Assembly (NCBI GenBank): GCA_036172245.1
Contig: JAYWIR010000006.1
Coordinates: forward strand, 868,001 to 932,000
Length of the DNA stretch: 64,000 nucleotides
Direction of reading: 5' to 3'
Origin: Raillietiella orientalis
Taxonomy: Eukaryota
The translations under genes were made by a program, and so were the position numbers. The notes below the pieces were generated by a model. That model worked only from the letters and a program-made list of their open reading frames with translations. It did not search any database and was not told where the DNA came from. Below are positions 1 through 9,559 of the stretch, piece by piece (positions within the stretch are counted from its first letter, which is position 1; every line of letters begins with the position of its first letter).

Positions 1-3000
1 TTCGTAGATTGAATTCAGGTGTGCCAAGTTCCACCTTATCTCCAGGAACGAACATACAAGTGTATTTGATGTAAGTCGTTGTATTCAAAGAGAGAGAGAT
101 TTCGTGAGCGATTGTATTTATTGATGTGCTGAATTTCCGATGGAAACATATTATTTTTTCTTTCGAACTTATATGCCTTGATTTTATGCTCATGCTGTTT
201 TTCGCTCTTCCACGAGGGGAGGGAACAGTTCTTTTACCACATAAGATTCGCATACGGAATCGGATTTTGCAACCAAAGAATGAACGGGAGACAGAAAATT
301 TTGCTTCACGACCAAATCTTTGCACAATCTCAATTTGCATTATGTACATAATTACTTCCAGAGACTACATTGCATTATTATTGTGGATTCTCTTTCTTTA
401 GAGTAGGAGAATTTCGGCTGTAAGAATACTTTCCGCACTCGCACATTCTATTTATATGTTGGAACCCTATCTATTGGTTGACAGTTTTTTGAAAATAAAA
501 GGATCTGTTTGAATGCAAGACCTGCTTATCAGAACAAATTAACTTGCACTACCTTTAATTGGAAGAAACATCTTAAAAAATACATGATCGGCACTATCTT
601 TGATTTCATTTCAATTTGTTTCCAATTTCGTGATTTTCGTGATATCTCACTTGAAAACTGACTTTTTATTTATCAACTTTGCCGCCATGATGTGCATTCA
701 AATGCAAAAACACATACCGTTCCTTATGCCAATTCTTACTTGAAACGTTGTTACAGAATATTTTGTAAACTGTCAGTTTTCGTTGATCACGTTTGCTTCC
801 AGTTTTTGCAGATTCCCAATTAGAAGCACAGACATTTTTCAAACAATCGTTATTCCAGCATTTCAGTCCCTAGATCCAGTTTTCCAAAAAAAAAAAAAAA
901 AAACCAGCAATTTTCCTCCTGGTATCTTTCGAGTTTGGAAAACATGCAACTTTATGTTCCTTGGAAAGTCTGCGATATTTTCTAAAAGATGTTTAAAACA
1001 ACTGCGCGATTTAACTTGCTGTATTTTATTTTTTTGCATTTTTTCTTTTGATATATGTACCTGTGTCATTATGAAGATGCGAATGAACTTTTGTAATGCA
1101 TTCAACAAACCTCAACAGGTATCTAAAAACTCCAATTTCTCATTTCAAGCCTTTTTAGTAAAACAAATATGAAAATACATAATTTGCTTATTATCTATAT
1201 TGATCTATCCATGGGGCGATTTCGCATCACTCATACACCGTGTGAGTCATTTGTGATGAGATTATTGTTATTTGTTCCATCAAGTTGTAGTGCTTTGATT
1301 TGAGATAGACAGTGGTCAGGAGAACTGAAGATCTGAACATCAAGTTTCGTCTCTCCACAACTTCAAACCCATCGCCCACATTTCTCTTAGCCTTGAGAAG
1401 ACATCTATGCAACTAAACTCAGTACAACTGTCTGTTGCAGTGGTAGTGAGTGAAAATTCGCATACAGAATGATGCAAAACTGATGAGCAAACAAATTACA
1501 TAAGAAGGAACTTTCGGAAGATGCGCTCGTGAAATCTGTGTTTTCACTTGGCACGTATTTCTGAAGACATCAGTTTGTTTCCATTCCAAAAAACTGCATT
1601 CTTTGCCTTTCACCATAGAGGAAACACACACATAAGGCAACTTGGTGACCGCAAAATTAACTCCCTTACCGTTTCTAAGAAGAAAGGCAGTGGTGTTTTC
1701 TAGTTGAACACCTCTTTGATTGCGGTGCTCCGTGGAACGCATGCACTCCACAAACTGTGCCGTAGAAAACACACAGCTGCATGTATGGTTCCATGTCTTA
1801 TTCCGACACGATTCTTGGAACGAATTTGTGTGCAGGATCTGTGGCCAGTACCAGTGTATCACGAGCCTCTTATCTTGTCTTCCAGCTGACCGATGTTTTG
1901 CACAGACAATGCAAACGAGGAATCATCTGCGCAGATGAGCGCCCGGTACATTTAAGTTGCTGCGAAAAAAATGATGGTGAATGACACTATCGTTTAGCTT
2001 CGTTTCAGCAAACAGCCATTTTTTTTGTTTTTGCTGCATTCTTTGCCATTTCTAATTTTTGTGTCGACCCCATCCTCCTTCGGAAGTTCAGTCTTCGAGA
2101 AGCCCTCCTGCGATCAGCCAACCAACTGATCGCCTGCGAAGGAAAGTTCCGTTGCTGAAAGACCGCTCCTGCTGGGCTTCAGGAGAGTTCCAGTTGGAAT
2201 GACTGGAAGGGAGAAAGCCGAACCTCAGAGCGCGGCTGCCGTCGCTTTCGTGTCATTGCAGTTGGAGCTTGCACGAGCTTTCTCCCGTCTCTCGATGCTT
2301 CCTTATGACTTCCTTATCTGTTCCTTTCTGGGGCGTTCAGCTTCCGGCGTTGTGCTTCCCAGGATCCTTTCATTCCTGCCGATGCAAGATACAAGAAGGA
2401 CTGTCGCCTGACTCTGGTTTGAAAAGAAACGCCTCCCCAGGGGGATCCTTTTGTTCGCAGCATGCTCCTGGAGTGCACCTTCCTAGGAAGAGTCGGAGGC
2501 TGCGTTTCCGAGGACACGGACCAGATGGCCACGGAAACTTCCTATGGTTCTTCTTCTTCCTCTTCCTGGAAGACCGCGCGGCTGTTGTTCCTCTACCTCC
2601 TGAAGATGGAGGGAAGAAGATGGCGTGACGTCTGCAAGCTTCGTTCCGTGGCTTCCCCGCATCGCCTTCCGGAGGCTGGATGCGAACGTTTCATCCCTTC
2701 GTGGAACGGGTTGATGAAGTCGGAGGAAATGCAGAACGTCCCGGTCCGCAGCGTCGCGACGCGGGTCCAATAGGAGGCGCCGCTCCACACAGCCTCCAGC
2801 CTTCCTCCGGCTCGTCTGCAGTTCCCCCCCCCTGCTCTTTCTCCCCTTCGGCATCAGCTGCATTGTCCTCAGATCTCCCGCAGAACACTGGCGGCTGCAG
2901 GGGGCAAAGAGGAGCCGAGACCTCCCCACTCGCGAAGGCGGCCCTCCCGCGTGTCCCTCGCCGCGCAGCCGAGTCGAGGACCGCAGCGAGGCGTGCTCCT

Positions 3001-3238
3001 TCGATGGCAGGAAGAAGGGGATTCCGGAGAGTGGAGGAGAAACGCGCGCCCAGCGGCGTCCCACGCGCTCTGGTGCCGCGAGAAAGGCGGGAGGTCACCT
3101 CGCAAACCTTTCCTGAGGTGCAACCGTCTCCACAAGGCGGCAGCAACTGAGGTCTGCTGTGGCGGAGGTAATGGACGCAGGTAGCCACGGACGAAGAGGA
3201 CTCGGGGGAAAGGTTCGTGAAAGGGCAGGGTGTGAGGA

Positions 3239-3284
3239 TTCTTCGGAAACATCCAGAACGTTCGTTCTGGATGTTTCCGAAGAA
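3239..3284. repeat. Perfect 22-bp inverted repeat (palindrome with 2-nt spacer)
   Basis: TTCTTCGGAAACATCCAGAACG-tt-CGTTCTGGATGTTTCCGAAGAA; followed by a second small GGATGTTT...AAACATCC stem. Confidence 0.95.
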
Positions 3285-3480
3285 AAAACGGATGTTTCCT
3301 GCAATAAACATCCATGTTTCTTCCATTAAAAATCAGTGGTTCATTTCAGACCGTCTACGCCGGATGGGCCGTCTGATTCGTAACTGCTATGGAGGCCAAC
3401 TGAAGTTCCCCAGTGTCTTTTGATTCCTGCAGCATTCCTGCATGACAATTTGGAATAAACACGGTACCAACTTCCAAGAT

Positions 3481-4315
3481 TCAGTCCAACTGCAAGAATC
3501 GCAGCTGTGCCTTAAGATTCAGGATGTATTCCCTCTCTTTAAGAACTGATTATATCAACTGGCTATTTTCATTTTGTAGTTGTTCAATTTCTCTCTGTTC
3601 TTCCAATGAGAGTACTGCTTCTTCTGAGAGATGCTGACACTTTTTTAGCAACTGTACTAATTCCTGCAATTCTAAATGTTCTTGCACCAAATGCTGTTTC
3701 ACTTCTGTATTGTATTTTTTGAGTTCATCTTCCTGAAGCGACAACAGCAGACATTCCTTCCTGAGCTTCCCTGTATTCTCATGATCAACAATACTAGCAT
3801 CCTTTGGTTCCTCTGGACTACTTTTCTCTATGTTGGCCTGCTGTCCTTGTTGAAATTTTCGCAATTTTCTCTCGAGTTGTGTTGTAACACGCTGTACTTC
3901 CCATAACTGTTCTTCAATAGATGATGTACGTTCCTTCTTGTAAACTTGTGTGAAGATGGTTGAGCAAGGATTCTTGTTTTTGAATTTCCTGCTGAATCAC
4001 CAAAGGGCTTGTTAACTGGTCAGTGAGGGTGGCACCAAGTGGTGGAAGGTAGCGGCTAAGAGAAATTTTTAGAAAAACAGCCTCTCGATTTTTTAGCAAA
4101 ACAGCTAGGATGTGAGATGGCATTTAATCTTGGACCAAAGGAGCCAGCAAATTACTTAAAGTACTCAGGGTTAGGGTTGCATTCTTCTCCAAAACATGAT
4201 CCCAATGAGCACACAGCCAGCTAAGCAATAATCGGCAGGATGACTGGAGGCGAGGAAGCAGGGCATCTGCATAACTGTCAGACTATCATTTTTGCAGTTG
4301 CATGCTTTTTCAGAA
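3481..4315 (-). pseudogene. RALBP1: Disrupted RalA-binding protein 1 (RLIP76/Rlip) fragment: RhoGAP C-terminus, Ral-binding domain, C-terminal coiled coil
   Basis: Stitched minus-strand translation: ALLPRLQSSCRLLLSWLCAHWDHVLEK...LAPLVQD*MPSHILAVLLKNREAVF...IQQEIQKQESLLNHLHTSLQEG/(frameshift ~3920)SSIEEQLWEVQRVTTQLERKLRK...NENSQLI*SVLKEREYILNLKAQLRFLQLD*. This matches the RALBP1 motifs LLISWLxxHxDHV, EIRRQExLLNxLH, EExLWEVQRxxTxLKRKLR and ExIIxLRxQLRxLQ. Internal stops at 4124-4126 and 3550-3552; no introns. Confidence 0.85.
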
Positions 4316-4329
4316 AGAGTAAGAACCCG

Positions 4330-5527
4330 AACCGAAAGGGCGATCATGAAGGTAGGGCGGATGCTCAGACCCTCGGGGTACTGGGACGACGCGCTCTCAG
4401 GTCCGCGCGTTCGCTTCTCCCCGAGGGATTCGGGGATTTCCGGATGGCTCCTTCCAAACTAGGATGGCGACGGCTGGCTCGGGAGACTCTGGACAAACGC
4501 GCGCGACGGTTCCCTGTCCAGCGGAAGCCGCCACGTCCGAGGGAACGCGAGGGACGGCAACCCCTCTCTGTCTTTCACCTCCTCGAGCGCACTGCTCGGG
4601 ACAGGGGACAGGCGGCTGAGTTTTTCTCGCGACGGAGGGTTTTCATGCAGGCGGAAAGTCCGCTTTTGCAGGGAAAGCAAGAGGGAATAGGGGAGGGAGG
4701 TGGAGGGCCGACTGGCCAGGCCACAAGGAGCGACCCGGGATCCTCCGCTTTGCAGCCAACTCGACTGGGACGAGCGGTGGTCCGGCTGCGTCCTCCCTGG
4801 GGCACCAGGCGAACGGGAGACTTCACTGGCGGGTCTCCGGAAAAACTGAGGTCTGTTGCACTGGGGTCTCCCGTGCAACGCCTGCCGGCATCACACAGGG
4901 ATATTTGGACCCGAACTGTGCCAGGTGTGGGGAGCGGAAATCCCTCCGGCACCTCCTAGTGGACTGTGTTGCCTTCCGGCCCCTTTGGAGAGGCTTTGCT
5001 GCTTTCCTTGGAATCCCTGGAGGCAACACCAGAGGCGTTTTAAAGCGCCTCTTCCAGCGCGACGCCCTCAGGCCGGCCGCATCCCAAGCAGCATTCTGAT
5101 GCCCACGGGGCGGGATCGTAGCTGCATGGAGCAGCAATGCCAGAGAAGACCAGGACGACAAAAACGTCATCCATTTTGCTGTCCTCTTCATGGGGGTAGC
5201 GTCACGATGGCCCCATTTGGAAGTCTCGAAACAGAAACTTGCCAGCATCCTGCAAAGGACGAAGACACCCCCCAACACACAGTGATCTCTTCCTGACCTC
5301 CCAACTCACTTTTTGACTGTATGTTTGTTTTATTTTTTTGTTTTTGTTTTTTTTTTCTCTTTCCCTGTGCTGCCGAGACGAACCCTGCTGGCCTGCGCGC
5401 CAGTTCCCGGCAGGTTCCTTCTCGTAGTTATAAGTATGGTGACGGGATCAAACGTCCTACCACAGACGTTTATGTTTATTTTTTCTAAATAAACGCCCCG
5501 GCGTGACCGGGTGTCAACCAGTAAAAA
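4330..5527 (+). mobile_element. L1/Tx1-like LINE, 5'-truncated 3' fragment (ORF2 zf-RVT region + 3' UTR)
   Basis: Frameshifted LDWDERW...LLHWGLPCNA...LDPNCARCGERKSLRHLLVDCVAFRPLW (zf-RVT CxxC..HLLxDC); T-rich 3' UTR, AATAAA at 5488, terminal hairpin, short A run. Confidence 0.85.
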
Positions 5528-5635
5528 CTCCTTCCGTCTCCTCTGCCCTTCTTGTTTTTCCGATTCCTCTGGAAGCGAGGAAGAAGGGGCAGGGTCCGAG
5601 GAGAAGCTTTCGTGACTTTCGGGATCCAGGGTTCA

Positions 5636-6330
5636 GAACCTGATCACGCCGGGACGTTTATTTTGGAAAAAACAAAACAAAACAAACTATCAGCTAGAGG
5701 GGAAAAATATCCCCTCAAAAAACAAGAAATGCTCCCCCTCCTCTCCCCAAAAGTTTCTAAGGGTGAGCACGGTAAGCAGGTCGGTTTCCAAGAAGTAGGG
5801 AAGGGAACAGAGGGAGGGGACAATAAATAAATAAAAAAAGACGGGAGGGTAGGGACAGAGATATTTGGTATTAGACGTTCCTTCTCTTCTAGAAGCGACT
5901 CTGGATGGTTGTAATCTCCCTGCCGACTTCTTCTGGCAGTTGAGGTCATTTGCTGATGTCCTCATGAGGGCTGCTGCTGTGTTAGTGGCCTCTTTGCTAA
6001 GTACTGGACTCCAAAACATGGCGGACTGCCACTATGGTGCGGACGCAACAGATTGCTGCGATCACAGCACCCTTCTTCAGCCCACTTTCTGTAAAGGAGA
6101 GTTGCAGCAAGTCTTTAGCAGCATCCTGCGATCGACGGAGCGCCGAAGCGAGTCTCCGCCACAAGTCCTCGAGGGCCGGGATCCAGGACGGGAGCGCATC
6201 GTTCTCCCGGATATCCTGTACCAGCAGGCGTGTTAGGGAGGGAGGAAGGGAAGTGATAGTGCGGGAGAAGTTTCCCGGAGGTCGGGTCGAGCCGGATTTC
6301 CTTGGGACCTTGGATGATTGTCATTCGGCC
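5636..6330 (-). mobile_element. L1/Tx1-like LINE 3' fragment, tail-to-tail with the previous copy
   Basis: Minus strand ends AATAAACGTCCCGGCGTGATCAGG, the same terminal motif as 5488-5513; pyrimidine/T-rich UTR; degenerate ORF2 C-terminus upstream. Confidence 0.7.
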
Positions 6331-6334
6331 ATGC

Positions 6335-8165
6335 TGGGTCATGCTGGGGCATGCATACATTTATTGCGCACAGTAATGAAAATACATCGGTATGGTGGAG
6401 CCGTTGCTTCTACCACGTGCAAGGAAGCTGCCGAAGAGCGGCACGCAGACCGGAGAGGTCTGCATTGGCAGCGTGGCGAAAATAGAAACAGCAAAAAAAA
6501 AAAACGAAAACATACAAAACAGGGGACAGGAAATGTTACACGGGGAAGGGACCGAGGACGGGATCACGGTATGCTGCCTGGAGTCCTCTGCATCCTGCTC
6601 AGAATGCTGAGAAATTCTGTTCGTGTCTCACTTAGGTGGGACCATCTCGAAGCGGTCCTCAGGAAGATCCACGCCCGATGGGTGAAGTCCCTGCCATTTC
6701 GGCCTCTTCTCATGGAGTTCGAGGCCACCATGATCCCGTGAGCACATCAGAGGACTGCGAGGAACGCGGCAGTGCGGCACGCGCGAAGAGCGTTTGAAGA
6801 TGTTCCTGGAACTGTCCACTGGGGATCCTAGGGTCGCCGCGAGACCGAACCTCAATGGGGACAGAGGGTAGCACAGTCCGACAGCAGGTTTGGGAGGATC
6901 TTCTTCCCGCACCTGTCGCACTGAGCGTCCATGCTTCCCCACCGTGTCCAGTGGCGAAGGCGCGCTTTGCACGGTATTCCCCCATGCAACAGCAGAAACG
7001 CCAACTCCCACTTGAGGAGGGAGAGCGCCACTGTTCCAGCACGCTGGGAGCCACTTCACCTCCGGAGGGACGTCGAGCAGCTCCGCCCAGCGTGGAAGTC
7101 CTTGGGGTGGGACACTCGGGATCGCAGCATCCGTCACCTCCCGAGTTGTCCACACCCCTAGAAGTTCCTTCCTTGCTGCTATGCAGGACGTCACTTCCCG
7201 CCTTGCCAGGATTGCGCTGTTCCTTGCGTCCCTTAGGGAGGGCAGCACTGGATCAAGGAGAGAGGGGGGTACCTTGGATAATGGAAATCCTTCTGGGTTT
7301 TTCTGTTTTCGCTGCTTTCCTTCCAGCTTTTTTTTTGTTTGTCAAGAAGTGCTGAAGAACCGTCCGCTCCCTCTTTGACACCTTCCACGCCACCCGAGGA
7401 TGCGTGCAACCCTTCAAGTTAGGGGGAACTCAGGAGAACCGCTCCCTCCTTTTGGAATTTATTCTCTGGAAGGGTCCCTCCGGAGCAGAAAACGGGGAAG
7501 GAGGGGGAGGAGAGCTCCTGCCTGATTCCCGACAGGATGAGGATGTGGCTGCTGGGTCTATTCGAGGAAACTTCCACCCCCTCCTCTCCTCTCCATTTCT
7601 CCCTCGGGAGGCGTGGGTCTGGGGGTGCGGAATAGCGTTGTCGCCCTTCCGGAACCTGCCCGGAGGATGAGCAGACCCCCGGAATGAGGGAAAGGATGCT
7701 CCTTCTGTTTCCTCCTCCTCTGAAGAGACCCCGAAGGGACTCTTTCCAGTTTTTCCGAATTTCTCGAAGAGAGCAGAGCGCTTCTCGTACTCTGGAGAGG
7801 CATCAACCAGCTCCATGGAACGCAATGTAGGGTTCCTCCCAAGGTGGGGGACGGGTCCGTTCTCACAGCCAAAGAAGGTGGGTGGGAACCCCGAAAGGAA
7901 CAGGTGCTCCTTGATGCCTGGAAGAACTCCGGAGGACCAGCTTCCGATCCCATCCAGCCTATTAGGGCATCCGGGGGTTTCCGGCTTCGACCGGTGCTGC
8001 AACCGGAGCCCACAGGTCAACCAGCGTCATCCTGCCGGGGAGAACTCGAAGCCCACGAAACACTCCCCGTTTCTCGGGGATCTATCCTTCCCCGGTCAGG
8101 ATTCGAACCAGCAATGCGTGATGCCACACGGCCGCCAACACGGGCTGTTCGGCGACGGGGGGTCG
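6335..8165 (-). mobile_element. L1/Tx1-like LINE ~1.8-kb 3' fragment (post-RT region, zf-RVT, 3' UTR)
   Basis: LHGGIPCKARLRHWTRWGSMDAQCDRCG..NLLSDC zf-RVT. The 7700-8120 part is homologous to 40905-41480, 50175-50760 and 62340-63010. 3' UTR hairpin at 6439-6453 and AATAAA at 6360-6365. Confidence 0.8.
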
Positions 8166-9559
8166 CGTGATCTCTGCCTCTTTTTTACTCCCCCTCCGCT
8201 TCTTCCGAAGGTCCCTGCCTGCTCGAGACATCCGGTTCTCCGCTTGGGAAGACGTGGGGAGGCGGAAAAGTCAGCGGGTTCTGCCTGGGGAGGGCAAGTG
8301 GTTGGCGGGGACGCTCACAGATGGCACACTGATCGCGCGCGGAGGCACGGGAAAGCAAAAAATGGGAAGAAAAACAGAAGACGAAAAAGGGAGGGAGGAA
8401 GGAGAGGGAGGAGGAGGCGCAAAGCGTCGGAGGCCGTGGCGAGAAAGCCCAGCCGTGGCGAAAAGACTGGCAGTGGCGGGATGGGGAAGGGGCAAAGAGC
8501 AAAACGAGGGAGGGACGGCGCGAGGCGTAGGGCAGGAGGGAGGGTGGGAGGGAGAGGGGAGGGGGAGGAGGCAGAGACGGACCAAGCGAGGTGCACGTGC
8601 TCGTGTGCACGCGGAGAGAGAGCTGCCGCCACCGCGACAGACGTCTTATCTCGGTCGCCGCGGAGTTCGCAGCCAGCAGATCCGTGCCAGACGGTGCCGG
8701 CGACGCCGTGCTCCCCGCGCGAGGAGCCGCTCCAGGTAAGCAAGCCGCTTGGTGCTCCGGGGCTGGAGGAGCGTCCCATTCCTCGGCGAGCGGGCCCACC
8801 GCGGATGGGGAAAAAACCTCGCAGACCCCTCGGCCGCTCCCACCGCCGCCCCGTTTGCCTTCTATCGAAGGGACGGGGAGGGAGGCGGCTCGTCTCGTCT
8901 TCCTCCCCCTCCTCCTTCACCTCCTTCCCCCAGGCTCCCTCATCCAGCACGGTGAGGGGAGAGCGCGCGCGTGCCGTTGCGACAACGTGATGCCCCGGCA
9001 ATCCTCGCCCATCTCCGCACTCGCCTTCTTGATGGATGGGGCGGAAGGAGTGCCTCCGGCAGGAAGGAACAGGCAAAGGAAACGCAACGTTACGGAGCGG
9101 CGTCGCTCTTGGCAACGCCTCGGGGATCGGAGGGGCTTCTGAGTCGTGGCTGAGACGGCGGAAGCTGGGGAGGCAGGGGCTGGAGAGGAGGCTGCACGGC
9201 TCTCTCCCGGACCTCGCGAGCCACTCCCGCGTGGTCGGAGCTCCCTCGCATGCTCTTGGGGTTTTCACCTCTTCCTCCTCCTCCCCTTTCACCCGTGGTC
9301 TGAGTCCTCCCCCTCGGAACGCTTTGCGCGCGGCAGGAGTCCCCTCGGGATACAGAAAAAACTCCCGTTCGGGATCACAGAGAAGCCCCGGGAGCCGTTC
9401 TCCTCCGGGTCATGGTCCTCCGAACCTGGAAGCAGCCGTCTTCCTCCTGCTTCCCCCGGGAGATGTGCGGATGCTCCCCGTTGGACCAGAAGAGGTTGAG
9501 CGCGCGTTTTCGTCTCCTTCGGGGGGGGTTTCTGCAGCGTTTGAGGCACATCTTCGCCT

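Noticed and set aside
1670..2894. Possible minus-strand exons (donor near 1670; acceptor near 2894)
   Set aside because: The splice-like signals exist, but no frame gives a recognisable protein or a consistent gene model.
5369..5417. HDV-like ribozyme or iron-responsive element as the identity of the 3' UTR hairpin
   Set aside because: No HDV nested double-pseudoknot pattern could be traced; the loop is CUGCGN rather than CAGUGN, and there is no conserved bulged C.
8085..8165. tRNA-like head (GGTTCGAATCC B-box), also at 50177-50250 with a perfect GAGGG-TTCGAAT-CCCTC arm, suggesting a tRNA gene or SINE
   Set aside because: It reads as ORF2 coding sequence (W..AL.VRI(L/P)) just after the GGLG-like motif, and the 61000-63010 copy continues upstream into RT. 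No convincing D or anticodon arm. Some doubt remains because two copies start near this point; tRNAscan-SE would settle it.
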